Assembly: GCA_965228895.1 (NCBI GenBank)
Contig: OZ245842.1
Span: 1,504,001 to 1,568,000 of the forward strand
Direction of reading: 5' to 3'
DNA length: 64,000 nucleotides
Origin: Alphaproteobacteria bacterium
GTDB taxonomy: Bacteria; Pseudomonadota; Alphaproteobacteria; SP197
Shown here: positions 46,993-57,332 of the stretch, in pieces
Numbering within the stretch: the first letter of the stretch is position 1
How the letters are laid out: each line of letters starts with the position of its first letter
Notes under the pieces: model-generated
Seen by the model: the letters and a program-made list of their open reading frames with translations, nothing else
Databases searched by the model: none
Told to the model about the DNA's origin: nothing
Position numbers and translations under genes: made by a program

Positions 46993-48752
46993 GCTTTGCG
47001 GGCCTCGGCCAGATGAGGACCAGCTTTGGGTTCCGATGCGTTGGCTGCTTGGCGCGGCAGGTTATCGAATACCTTGGCCAGGACGTCCTTTGTCGGTCCG
47101 GCGATGGCAATGCGCCCTTTCTCCAGGCCGACAATGTGTGTGCAGGCAGCCAGCATGATCGGCGTGTGGGTCGCCATGACGATCGTGTGGTCGCGTGCCC
47201 GTTCGACCAGGATGTCGCGCAGTGTCTTTTCGGCCTCGCGATCCAGATTGGCGGCGACTTCATCCAGCAGCAGGATCGGCGGATCGTTAAGCAGTGCGCG
47301 GGCAACAGCGATGCGCTGGCGCTGGCCGCCCGACAGCCGTCGGCCGGCTTCACCAATATCCGAGCCGTAGCCGTCGGGCAGGTCGGAGATGAACCCGTGT
47401 GCGCCTGCCGCCGTGGCAGCAGCAATGATGTCCTGATCACGCGCGTCCGGGTTCATGCCAGCGATGTTGTCGCGGATCGTGCCGTGGAAGAGGGCGGCTT
47501 CCTGCGGCACATAGCCGACCCAGCGCGCGAGATCCTGGCGCGTGAATTGGTTCAGATCGGCGCCATCGAGCAGCACGCGTCCGTTAGTCGGCTCATAGAG
47601 CCCCTGCATCAGTTTGATTAGTGTCGTCTTGCCGGCGCCGTTCGGACCGACCAGGCCGACGATGCCACCGGGCTTGAAGTGCATGTTGACGCCATTGACC
47701 ACGTTCGGGCCGTTTTCGCCGAAGCTGAAGGAGACGTTCTGCAGAATCAGCTCGCCGCGCGGGCGGGCAAGCTCGATCGTCGCCTCGGTCCGCTCCTCGG
47801 CCAGCTCGAAGGCTTCGCTCAGATGATCGACGGACTGATGGTAGGACGAGAGATTGCGCCACGTGTTGACCAGCTGGTTCATGGGCGCGATCAGCCGGTT
47901 GCTCAGCATATTCGTCGCGATCAGGGCGCCGATGGAAAGCTCCTGGTTCAGAATCGCAATGGCGCCGAAGCTTGTCAGGACGACCGTGGTGATGAACGAC
48001 ATGGTGAGCGACATATTGGCGAAGGTGTCGTTCCAACGGCCGCGCGCGATTGAGTGGGTGATGACTTCGGCGTGTTTTTCTTCCCACTGGTTCCGGAAAC
48101 CCTCTTCCAGGCCCAGCGCCTTCATTGTCGTGCGTCCGGCCAGCATGTCGGCGATCAGCTCATCGCGGCTCAACAGGCCCGTACGCTCCTGGCGGCTTGC
48201 CTTGTCCAGGACGGAACCCGACAGCCAGGCGACGATCATGAAGGCGGGAATGATGATCAAGAGAAGCCAGGCGATCGGGGCCGCGATGACGAAAACCAGG
48301 ACGACGAACAGCGGTACGAAAGGCAGCTCGGTCGCCAGCACCGCGCTGGGGCCGGAATACATGTTGCGGACGTTATCGCCGTCGCGGTAGAGCGAGTGCC
48401 AGTAGCTCGCCGGGCGCTGCTCGAGCACGCGCAGGGGCAGCGCGCTGATCTTGTCGAAGATGCTGCGCCCCAGCTTGACGTCGATTAGCAAGGCGGCGCG
48501 CTGCAGGATGCGGCTTCTGGCTTGGCGCAGGATGAAATCGAAGGCGATGACGACGGCGATGCCGCTGACCAGCGCGATCAGCGTCGTCGTGCCTTGGAAA
48601 AACACCACGCGGTCGTAGACCTGCAGCACGAAGATCGGCAGGCCAAGCGCCAGAATGTTGACGAACAGCGACAGCAGCATCACCTCGCGAAACGCGGGCA
48701 TCAGCGGCTTCAGCAGCTGTTTCAGCCATGTCTTGTTATGGGACATCCCCAT
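46989..48752 (-). CDS. Type I secretion ABC transporter, no C39-like domain
   Basis: NILAL..P.F.LQVYDRV, GPNGAGKT, GYVPQE, LSGGQRQR, LLLDE; start uncertain. Confidence 0.92.
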   Translation of the reverse strand: MGMSHNKTWLKQLLKPLMPAFREVMLLSLFVNILALGLPIFVLQVYDRVVFFQGTTTLIALVSGIAVVIAFDFILRQARSRILQRAALLIDVKLGRSIFDKISALPLRVLEQRPASYWHSLYRDGDNVRNMYSGPSAVLATELPFVPLFVVLVFVIAAPIAWLLLIIIPAFMIVAWLSGSVLDKASRQERTGLLSRDELIADMLAGRTTMKALGLEEGFRNQWEEKHAEVITHSIARGRWNDTFANMSLTMSFITTVVLTSFGAIAILNQELSIGALIATNMLSNRLIAPMNQLVNTWRNLSSYHQSVDHLSEAFELAEERTEATIELARPRGELILQNVSFSFGENGPNVVNGVNMHFKPGGIVGLVGPNGAGKTTLIKLMQGLYEPTNGRVLLDGADLNQFTRQDLARWVGYVPQEAALFHGTIRDNIAGMNPDARDQDIIAAATAAGAHGFISDLPDGYGSDIGEAGRRLSGGQRQRIAVARALLNDPPILLLDEVAANLDREAEKTLRDILVERARDHTIVMATHTPIMLAACTHIVGLEKGRIAIAGPTKDVLAKVFDNLPRQAANASEPKAGPHLAEARKA

Positions 48753-48871
48753 GCCCGGATTGTGCCACGGCAGAGGCCGTTGCGCCATCACCTCATGACT
48801 TGGGCTTTCTCTTTGTCTCACAACGGGTTAATGGTGTTTCCCTAAAACCACGTTGAAGCAGCGTTGGGGCT

Positions 48872-51097
48872 ATGATTAAGCAGCTGACAAGCTGGAAGGT
48901 GACCTATGGGATCGCGCTGGCGCTGCTCGCGGGCATGATCTGGCTGCGTTTGGCCGATCCGGTGCCGCTGCAGACACTAGAAAACAAAGTCTTTGATGTC
49001 TATCAGCAGTTGCGCCCGCGAGAGCTGCCCGAACAACCTCTACCCGTACGCATCGTCGATTTGGACGAGAAAAGCTTCGGCGAACTCGGCCAATGGCCGT
49101 GGCCGCGCAATCTCTTTGCCCGGCTGGTGTCGAGCCTGGTCGACGATTATCAGGTCGGTGCCGTCGGTTTCGATATCGTGTTCGCCGAACCCGACCGGCT
49201 GACCCCCGAACAGTTGATCGAAAGCCTGGAAGGTCTCGATGCCGAGACCGAGCGCCGCCTGATGGAGTTGACCAACAACGATGCCACCTTGGCCCAAGCC
49301 ATATCCGGAAAACCGGTGGTGCTGGGTCAGGTTGCGTCCAACTTCGGTGAATTGCCGCTTGAGGCCAACAAGCCGTTGAAGACGGGCATCGCCATGGTCG
49401 GCGAAGGCGATGCCGACAGCATCGCCCAGCAAATCCGAAGTTTCAGCGGCATGATCCGTAACCTTCGTATTCTCGAGGACAGCGCAACCGGCATCGGCAG
49501 TTTCAGCGTGGTGCCTGATGCCGATGGCATCATTCGCCGGGTGCCGTTGATCGTTGCCGTTGGCGACCAGATCTATCCGGCGCTCAGCATCGAGACGCTT
49601 CGCGTCGCATCCCAGATCCCGACACTGTTGATCAAGTACGGTCCAACTGGGGCGTCTTCGGTCAATTTCACGCAAGACCTTGGTATTCCGATCGATAGGC
49701 ACGGCGAGGCGACATTTTATCAGGCGCCCTACAGTCAGCATCGCTACGTTTCGGCCGTCGATGTCATCAACGGAGACGTTTCGCCGGAGCTGCTTGCCGG
49801 GCACATTGTCTTTATCGGCACGTCGGCGGCCGGACAGGGTGATATCAGAAGCACGCCGCTCCATCCGGCACTGCCCGGTGTCGAGGTCCACGCGCAGATT
49901 GTCGAGAACATGCTGACGGGCGCTTTGCTGAGCCGGCCTACCGAGGCGACCGTGATCGAAAGCCTCATCATCCTGGTGACCGGACTGATGCTCTTGATCG
50001 GACTGCCCATGGTCGGCGCGATCTGGAGTTTGTTTGCGGTCAGCGTCATCAATGTCGGTGTCGTCGGGACGTCTTGGTACATGTTCACCGACGAGGGCAT
50101 GCTGATCGGCGTCGCCTATCCGCTGATCTGCTCATTCCTGCTCTATATGTTCCTGACCTATATGAGCTATCTGCGCGAGGAGCTGAGCAAGAAGCAGGTC
50201 AGAAGCGCGTTCTCGCAGTATCTCTCGCCGACCATGGTCGAGCAGCTCGCCAAGGACCCCGACAAGCTTCAGCTTGGCGGCGAGATGCGCAACATGACGC
50301 TGCTGTTTTCCGACATCCGCGGCTTCACCGCGATCTCCGAACAGTTCCGCGGCAACCCGGTCGGCCTGGTCAGTCTGATCAACCGCTTTCTGACGCCGAT
50401 GACCGGCATCATCCTGGAGCGCAAGGGTACGATCGACAAATACATGGGCGACTGCATCATGGCGTTCTGGAACGCGCCGATCGAAGACGAAGACCAGATT
50501 GATCACGCCTGCGATGCCGCGCTGACCATGGTCGAGCGCATACGCGATCTGAACGAAGAGATCGAGCGTGAGAGCGAGGCTGAAGGCAGACCGTTTTTCC
50601 CGATCAAGATGGGCGTTGGTATCAACACCGGCGAGGTCTTCGTCGGCAACATGGGGTCGGACCAGCGCTTCGACTATTCGGTGATCGGCGACGACGTCAA
50701 TCTGGCGTCGCGTCTGGAAGGCCAGTCGAAAACCTACGGTGTCTTGATTGTTGTCGGTGAGTCGACTCATCGGGGGGCCGACCGTTTCGCGTCGCTGGAG
50801 CTGGACCTGATCAGGGTCAAGGGCAAGCAGGAAGCCGTCCGTATTTTTACGCTGCTGGGCCGCGAGGACGTGCTGAACTCCGACGCGTTTGCCGAACTTC
50901 GTAAGAACCACGAGGACATGCTGGATGCCTATCGGGCGCAGCGCTGGGACGATGCGGAAGGCCTGATCGCGGCCTGCCGCCAACGCGAGCCATCACTCGG
51001 TGAGTTCTACGATCTCTATCAGGAACGGGTTGACGCGTTCCGTGCCGATCCGCCGGGTGACGCGTGGGACGGTGTCTTTACCGCCGAGTCAAAGTAG
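48872..51097 (+). CDS. CHASE2-domain class III adenylate/guanylate cyclase
   Basis: GQWPWPR, FDIVFAEPD, DG.IRRVP, PGVEVHA, three TMs; FSDIRGFT, DKYMGD, GDDVNLASRLEG. Confidence 0.93.
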   Translation: MIKQLTSWKVTYGIALALLAGMIWLRLADPVPLQTLENKVFDVYQQLRPRELPEQPLPVRIVDLDEKSFGELGQWPWPRNLFARLVSSLVDDYQVGAVGFDIVFAEPDRLTPEQLIESLEGLDAETERRLMELTNNDATLAQAISGKPVVLGQVASNFGELPLEANKPLKTGIAMVGEGDADSIAQQIRSFSGMIRNLRILEDSATGIGSFSVVPDADGIIRRVPLIVAVGDQIYPALSIETLRVASQIPTLLIKYGPTGASSVNFTQDLGIPIDRHGEATFYQAPYSQHRYVSAVDVINGDVSPELLAGHIVFIGTSAAGQGDIRSTPLHPALPGVEVHAQIVENMLTGALLSRPTEATVIESLIILVTGLMLLIGLPMVGAIWSLFAVSVINVGVVGTSWYMFTDEGMLIGVAYPLICSFLLYMFLTYMSYLREELSKKQVRSAFSQYLSPTMVEQLAKDPDKLQLGGEMRNMTLLFSDIRGFTAISEQFRGNPVGLVSLINRFLTPMTGIILERKGTIDKYMGDCIMAFWNAPIEDEDQIDHACDAALTMVERIRDLNEEIERESEAEGRPFFPIKMGVGINTGEVFVGNMGSDQRFDYSVIGDDVNLASRLEGQSKTYGVLIVVGESTHRGADRFASLELDLIRVKGKQEAVRIFTLLGREDVLNSDAFAELRKNHEDMLDAYRAQRWDDAEGLIAACRQREPSLGEFYDLYQERVDAFRADPPGDAWDGVFTAESK

Positions 51098-51118
51098 GGG
51101 CTGCAACCGCGCTGCGGC

Positions 51119-52822
51119 TTATTCGAAAGCCCAGCCGCGTGTCAGGTTGGGATCGTCCAACGTTTCGATGGCGGTACCGCCGGCCGGATCGGACGGTTGA
51201 CCGTCGGCATCCAGTGACTGGATTGACGGCGCCATCGTGAACATGGCGGGATCGCCGCTGGTTCCATTCGTTTCGCCAGTCGGATTGAGTGTCATCACAT
51301 ACTCATCCGCGGACCAGGCAAAGGGTTCACTGCTGGCAGTGATCTGAACCGATGTTACGCCGACCATCGGCGCGGACTCAGCACGGCTCATGGTGATGTC
51401 CGTCGCTTCGCCGAGCGGCTCGATCACCAGATCGATGGTCTGCTGATCGGACGAGGTCGCAAGTTCAATGTCGCCGCCGTCATAGACACCGATCGACGAC
51501 GTATCCTCAAGGCCGGGAACTAGACGCTCGGGCGTTAGTCGGCCCATCGCCTCCAGCAGGCGGAAAATGCTGAGGTAACCGTCATACTGGGCGCCGACGA
51601 GATTGATCTGGGCGTTGAAAACATCGTTTTCGGCATCCAGCACGTTCAAGACCGTCTCTTGACCGGCTTCGCGCAGGCGACGGCGGGAGTCATGAACCTC
51701 GATCGCAATGTTGACGGCGTTTTCCAGCAGCTCGACACGTTGGCGTGAGGTCAGAAGAACTTCCCAGGCAAGCTCGACATCCTCGACCACCTGCCGATTG
51801 GTCGCCGCACGCTCGTGAATCGCCGCGACGTGCTCATAAGCCGACTGCGCGACATTGGCCTGGTTGGCAAAGCCGGCAAACAACTGCCAGTTCGCCTCAA
51901 CCAGGATCGCCGCGTCACGTCTAACGCCTTCGATTCCGTCGACATCGTCTTCGACGTTCAGGCGGCCGACCAGATCGACACGCGGCCAATAGGCCGATCG
52001 CGCCTGATCCCGTGTCTCATCGGCCAGCAGGACCAAGGCCTGACTGCTTGCCGTTTGAGGATTCTCTGCCAGGCCGATAGCAATGGCATCGTTCAGGCTG
52101 GGCGGCAACTCGTCTTCAGGAATGCGCGGCAGTTCCATGCTCGCAATATCCGGCGGGTGGCCGAACAGGCGATTGTAGCGCGCTATGGCCTGTTGCAGCG
52201 TACCTTCGAAGGCGACACGGCGCTCCTCGGCAAGCTGGAGGCGTGTCTTCGCTTGTAGGACGTCCAACGCCAAACCGGAGCCACGCTCGACGCGCTCGTT
52301 TTCCAGGTTCAGCTGGGTCGCGATGGTATCGACATTGCGGTCGGACAGATCGATCAGGGCAAGCGCGCGCAGCACGTCAAGATAGGCCGCGACACCTTCC
52401 AGGATCAGACGCTGGGTATCATCCTCAAGCGTGAACTCGCTGAGGTCGCGGGTAATCTGGGCGGCGTCATAGGTCGCGTTGGTGTTGTAACCGTCGAAGA
52501 TGTTCTGGCGCAGCGTTGCGGTAGCACGCGCACGTGACAGTTCCAGCGGATCACCGGGATCGGTAATGCGCGATTGCGGGCTGTCGGTCGACTCGTAGCC
52601 ATAATCGGCGGAGACGTCGATGGTCGGCAGGTAGCCGGCAAATGCTTCGTTGATGCCTTCTTCGGCCGCCTCGACCTGATTGCGCAGACTCTTTAGCGTG
52701 GGGTTGTCACGCAGCAGGAACGCAATTTCTTCCTCCAGGCTTTCTGCCTGGACCGAAGTCGCTTGCGCGGCCAGAACCGCAAACACCGCTATTGGTGAGA
52801 TAAAACGCGAACGCCCGTTCAT
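51119..52822 (-). CDS. TolC-family outer-membrane protein of a type I secretion system (AggA/LapE-like)
   Basis: Signal peptide; AGYLPTID, LRQNIFDG, AYLDVLR, VLNVLDAEN; acidic C-terminal extension. Confidence 0.9.
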   Translation of the reverse strand: MNGRSRFISPIAVFAVLAAQATSVQAESLEEEIAFLLRDNPTLKSLRNQVEAAEEGINEAFAGYLPTIDVSADYGYESTDSPQSRITDPGDPLELSRARATATLRQNIFDGYNTNATYDAAQITRDLSEFTLEDDTQRLILEGVAAYLDVLRALALIDLSDRNVDTIATQLNLENERVERGSGLALDVLQAKTRLQLAEERRVAFEGTLQQAIARYNRLFGHPPDIASMELPRIPEDELPPSLNDAIAIGLAENPQTASSQALVLLADETRDQARSAYWPRVDLVGRLNVEDDVDGIEGVRRDAAILVEANWQLFAGFANQANVAQSAYEHVAAIHERAATNRQVVEDVELAWEVLLTSRQRVELLENAVNIAIEVHDSRRRLREAGQETVLNVLDAENDVFNAQINLVGAQYDGYLSIFRLLEAMGRLTPERLVPGLEDTSSIGVYDGGDIELATSSDQQTIDLVIEPLGEATDITMSRAESAPMVGVTSVQITASSEPFAWSADEYVMTLNPTGETNGTSGDPAMFTMAPSIQSLDADGQPSDPAGGTAIETLDDPNLTRGWAFE

Positions 52823-53029
52823 TCTTCCCCCTGGCCACACATAAGGCCACGACGACCCGACACCTGGGTGCCCCAGCCAATGCCAGACCACATAAGCTGC
52901 GGCAATATACCACACGAAGCGGTGAGATCAACGCAACGATCCAGCGCAAGTCGTTGACAAGATTATGAGAATCCTATCGGCAGACTCTCAAGATAGGGGA
53001 TAAGAACAGCAATTCTGGAACCGGCCCGA

Positions 53030-54688
53030 TCAAAGCGTGACCTGAAGGGCACCCAGGCGTTCGGTCAACTTGACGTTCTCGCCGTAATCCACGGGAACGG
53101 CAATCAACGCGGGACCGTCTTGGGAAAAGGCCTCGTCGAGCGCCCCGGGAAGTTGTTCTGCGCCGCCGATGGTGCGGCCCCATGCCCCGAAGGAACGGGC
53201 TAGAAGTTCGAAATCCGGGTTGTCGAACGTCAAATTGGAATGGCGCCCGTTGTAGTGATCCTGCTGCTTCCACTTGATCAGACCATACTCGCCGTCCAGC
53301 CAGATCAGCGACACGATGTTCAGCTTGCGGCGCACGGCGGTTTCCAGGTCCTGAATGTTCATCAGAAACCCCGCATCGCCGCAGATCGCCAAGACCCGCT
53401 TGTCGGGATAGGCAATCTTCGCGCCCATGGCGCCGGGAAAGGCAAACCCCATCGAACAGAAGCCGTTGGAGATCAGGCAGGTGTTCGGTTCGTCGCACTG
53501 GTAATAGCGGGCGATCCACATTTTGTGTGCGCCGACATCCGACAGCACGATGTCCTCTGGCCCCATGAAGTTTCTGACGTCGCATAAAATGCGCTGAGGC
53601 TTCACCGGGAACTGGTCGTCGTCGCACTCGCTCCAAAGGTCGGCCGTGATGCGGTCGCGCAGGGGTGCCCGTTCCGCGATGTCGAACAACGGCAAATCGC
53701 CTTCGAAGCGGGCGTTTAGCTCTTCGTTGATCTGCCATAGCGCGTCGGCAATGTCGGAAACGATCTCGACATCGACCGGATAATCCTCGTCGATTTCCGC
53801 CGGCAGGAAGTCGATATGGACGAGGGTCTTGCCGCCCTTCTTATTCCAATGGGTCGGCGCGTACTCGACGAGGTCGTAGCCAACGGCGATGACCAGGTCG
53901 GCCTTGTCCAGTTCCGCGTTGATGTGGTCGCGCTGCTGCAGGCCAATGGTAAAGAGACAATGCGGGTCGTTGCGGGGCACGGCACCCTTGCCCATGAACG
54001 TGTTGACGACGCCAATGCCGGCTTTGCTCGCCAGCCGGCGAAGCTGTTTGGCGGCGCGTTTTCGCAGCGCACCGTTGCCCGACAGGATGATCGGATTCTT
54101 GGCAACGGCAATGGCATCGACCGCGGCCCGCACGGCCTTGTAGTCGGCCGCCGCGCGCCTGGTCTTGCGCGGCATAATCGGTTCTTTCGCGACATCGTGT
54201 TTCGCGATGTCCTCCGGCAGTTCGAGTACGCTGACCCCCGGCTTTTCCTGCTCGGCCGTTTTGAATGCCTTGCGTACGGTCTCAGGAATCGTATCGGCGC
54301 CGGTGATGCTGTGGGCCCATTTGCTGATCGGCTTCAGCATGCCAATCGCATCCATGTTCTGATGGCTTTCCTTGTGCAGCCTGCTGGTGCTCGCCTGACC
54401 GATGATGGCGACCACAGGCGAACGGTCCATGTTGGCATCGGCCAGGCCGGTCACAAGATTGGTCGCGCCTGGCCCGAGCGTCGCCAGACACACGCCGGGC
54501 TTGCCGGTCAACCGGCCATAGGTATCGGCCATAAAGGCGGCGGCCTGCTCGTGACGGCACAGCACAAAGTCGATGGAACTATCCATCAACGAGATCATGA
54601 GGTCGGCGTTTTCCTCACCCGGCAGGCCGAAGATACGCTCGACGCCTTCCGCCTCCAGGCAGCGGACAAACAGATCAGATGCTTTCAT
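53030..54688 (-). CDS. Acetolactate synthase large-subunit family (TPP enzyme)
   Basis: FGLPGEEN, RHEQ.AAFMA, TLGPGATN, DVGAHKMW, GDAGF. Confidence 0.9.
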   Translation of the reverse strand: MKASDLFVRCLEAEGVERIFGLPGEENADLMISLMDSSIDFVLCRHEQAAAFMADTYGRLTGKPGVCLATLGPGATNLVTGLADANMDRSPVVAIIGQASTSRLHKESHQNMDAIGMLKPISKWAHSITGADTIPETVRKAFKTAEQEKPGVSVLELPEDIAKHDVAKEPIMPRKTRRAAADYKAVRAAVDAIAVAKNPIILSGNGALRKRAAKQLRRLASKAGIGVVNTFMGKGAVPRNDPHCLFTIGLQQRDHINAELDKADLVIAVGYDLVEYAPTHWNKKGGKTLVHIDFLPAEIDEDYPVDVEIVSDIADALWQINEELNARFEGDLPLFDIAERAPLRDRITADLWSECDDDQFPVKPQRILCDVRNFMGPEDIVLSDVGAHKMWIARYYQCDEPNTCLISNGFCSMGFAFPGAMGAKIAYPDKRVLAICGDAGFLMNIQDLETAVRRKLNIVSLIWLDGEYGLIKWKQQDHYNGRHSNLTFDNPDFELLARSFGAWGRTIGGAEQLPGALDEAFSQDGPALIAVPVDYGENVKLTERLGALQVTL

Positions 54689-54835
54689 GACGACCCCAAA
54701 ACGGCGTGATGGCTTACTGCCCTCGACAGACAGCCGGATACGATCCCATCGACTAGGTTGGATCGCGAGGGTTCACCGTCAACCACCGTCAGGACACGCT
54801 TACTTGAAGAGATCTGCCGGCCGACGACCTGGCGA

Positions 54836-56005
54836 TTAGTAGGAGCGGGGCAGGTCGAGCACGTGTTCGGCGAGGTAGGAGAGGATGAGATTGGTCGAGA
54901 TCGGCGCGACGCGGTAGAGCCGGGTCTCCCGGAACTTGCGCTCGATGTCGAATTCCTCGGCGAAGCCGAACCCGCCATGGGTCTGGACACACATGTCGGC
55001 GGCCTGCCACGAGGCGTCGGCCGATAGCAGTTTCGCCATGTTGGCCTCAGGCCCGCAGGGCTGCTCGTGGTCATAGAGGCTGGCGGCCTTGGTGACCATC
55101 AGGTTGGCTGCCTCGGTACGCGCAAAGGCTTCGGCAATCGGGAACTGAATGCCTTGGTTTTGGCCGATCGGCCGATCGAACACCCGGCGTTCGCCGGCAT
55201 AGGCCGTCGCCCGGTCGATGAACCAGCGGGCATCGCCGATACACTCGGCGGCAATCAGGATCCGTTCCGCGTTCATGCCCGAAAGGATGTAGCGGAAACC
55301 CATTCCCTCTTCGCCGATCAACGCGTCCGCCGGTACCTCGAGGTCATCGAAAAAGATCTCCGTTGTCGCGTGGTTCATCATGGTACGGATCGGGCGGATG
55401 GTGACGCCCTTGCCGATGGTTTCGCGCAGGTCGACCAGGAATACCGAGAGACCTTCGGTACGCTTGGCGACCTCCTCGCGCGCTGTCGTACGCGCCAACA
55501 GCACCATGAGATCGGAGTGCTCGGCGCGCGACGTCCAGATCTTCTGGCCGTTGATGATGTAGCGGTCACCGTCGCGTCGTGCGGTGGTCTTCAGCGATGT
55601 CGTATCGGTGCCGCTGCCGGGTTCGGTGACACCGAACGCCTGAAGCCGCAGCTTGCCGGCGGCGATCTCAGGCAGGTAGCGCGCCTTCTGCGCATCCGAC
55701 CCATGCCGCAGCACCGTGCCCATGGTGTACATCTGCGCATGGCACGCCGCGCCGTTGCCGCCGGAATGATGGATCTCGCTCAAGATAGCGACCGCAGCAG
55801 AGAGTGGCAGGCCGCTGCCGCCATAGCTTTCGGGGATCAGGCTGGCAAGATAGCCGGCCTCGGTCAGCGCGGCTACGAACTCGCCGGGATAGGCCCGTGC
55901 GCTGTCTTTCTCGCGCCAATAGGCATCAGGGAACCGCTGGCACAAGGCGCGGACGCCGTCGCGGATCTCCTGCCAATCGTGATCCTGCGGTACGGCGTCC
56001 GGCAT
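54836..56005 (-). CDS. Acyl-CoA dehydrogenase (about 390 aa subfamily)
   Basis: IPESYGGSG, CHAQMY, GVTEPGSGTDT, INGQKIW, QTHGGFG, APISTNLILSY; start set at MPDAVP. Confidence 0.9.
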   Translation of the reverse strand: MPDAVPQDHDWQEIRDGVRALCQRFPDAYWREKDSARAYPGEFVAALTEAGYLASLIPESYGGSGLPLSAAVAILSEIHHSGGNGAACHAQMYTMGTVLRHGSDAQKARYLPEIAAGKLRLQAFGVTEPGSGTDTTSLKTTARRDGDRYIINGQKIWTSRAEHSDLMVLLARTTAREEVAKRTEGLSVFLVDLRETIGKGVTIRPIRTMMNHATTEIFFDDLEVPADALIGEEGMGFRYILSGMNAERILIAAECIGDARWFIDRATAYAGERRVFDRPIGQNQGIQFPIAEAFARTEAANLMVTKAASLYDHEQPCGPEANMAKLLSADASWQAADMCVQTHGGFGFAEEFDIERKFRETRLYRVAPISTNLILSYLAEHVLDLPRSY

Positions 56006-56022
56006 GTCGTCGGTCCGATGCC

Positions 56023-57258
56023 CTACGCGGACTTGCCCTGGCCGGGCTCGGTCGCGTTCACCAGGCAGGCCATGTTGCCATAGGGGTGTTTGTTGTCGCG
56101 CATCAGCTGGTGTGCCTTGCCGATTTCGTCGAACGTGTAGGTCGACGACAGACACGGATCGATCTTGCGGTCGATAACCAGCTGGTTGACCGCAGCGGCC
56201 TGCTCATCGTTCGACAGATGGCTGCCCTGCAGTCGCTTCTGACGCATCCAGTGGTAGCGCAGGTCCATGGTGATGTTGTAGCCGGTGGTGCCGGCGCAGA
56301 TCACGATCATGCCGCCGGTCGCGGCGACAAAACCGCTGGTCGGCAGGGTCGCTTCGCCGGGATGCTCAAAGACGATGCGCGGGCTGACCCGCTCGCCGCA
56401 GGCCTCCCAGATCGCCTTGCCGAACGCGCGCGCGCCCTTGGCCCAGGCGCCGTACTCCTTGCTCTCCGTGTTCGGCATCAGGCCCCAGTGGTCGAAGTCG
56501 TTACGGTTGATGACGCCGACCGCGCCGTGATCCAGGCAGAACTGGCGCTTGTCTTCGTCGGATATCACGGCGACGGCGCGTCCGCCTTCGGCCGCGGTGA
56601 TCTGTAGCGCCATGCTGCCCAGGCCGCCGGCCGCGCCCCAGACCAGGACCACGTCGTCCTTTTCGATGACGTTGGGGTGCCAGCCCATCAGCATGCGGTA
56701 GGCCGTCGAGGCACACAGCAGGTAGCAGCCCGCTTCCTCCCAGGAGAGGTGCTTCGGCTTAATCTGCAACTGATGCGCCTGGGCCTTGGCGAACTGGCAA
56801 TAACTGCCGTAGTTCGTCTGGTAGCCCCAGATTCGCGTGGATTCGGCCAGCATGGGATCGCGGCCGCTGAGGACCCAGGGATCGTCCGCCGGCCACCAGC
56901 CGGAATGTACGACGACCTCGTCGCCCGGTTTGACGTTGGTGACCTCGCTGCCGACCTTCCAGACGATGCCCGAGCAGTCGGACCCGCCGGCGTGAAAGTC
57001 TTCGGGTTCGCCCTGTTTTTGACGCACCGCGATAACGTCGACCGGATAGCCCAGCGCCGCCCAGACGTTGTTGTAGTTGATGCCGGTCGCCATGGTGTAG
57101 ACCAACACCTCATCCGGCTTGATCTCTGGCACATCGATGATTTCGCGCTGCCAGGCGCTCTCGGGCTCGCCAAAACGGTCCTGACGGACCAAGAAGGCAT
57201 GCATTTTTTCCGGGACTTCGCCAAGCGGCGGCCGTTCGCCAAGCGCGCAAATTTCCAT
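56023..57258 (-). CDS. ccr: Crotonyl-CoA carboxylase/reductase (ECR family), divergent paralogue
   Basis: [50 protein letters not shown]. Confidence 0.88.
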   Translation of the reverse strand: MEICALGERPPLGEVPEKMHAFLVRQDRFGEPESAWQREIIDVPEIKPDEVLVYTMATGINYNNVWAALGYPVDVIAVRQKQGEPEDFHAGGSDCSGIVWKVGSEVTNVKPGDEVVVHSGWWPADDPWVLSGRDPMLAESTRIWGYQTNYGSYCQFAKAQAHQLQIKPKHLSWEEAGCYLLCASTAYRMLMGWHPNVIEKDDVVLVWGAAGGLGSMALQITAAEGGRAVAVISDEDKRQFCLDHGAVGVINRNDFDHWGLMPNTESKEYGAWAKGARAFGKAIWEACGERVSPRIVFEHPGEATLPTSGFVAATGGMIVICAGTTGYNITMDLRYHWMRQKRLQGSHLSNDEQAAAVNQLVIDRKIDPCLSSTYTFDEIGKAHQLMRDNKHPYGNMACLVNATEPGQGKSA

Positions 57259-57332
57259 GTCAGATTCCCTGATCCTCGACTGTGTTGCAGTGCACAATGA
57301 TGGCCCTATCTCGCCCGGCTGGGCGCGATCCG

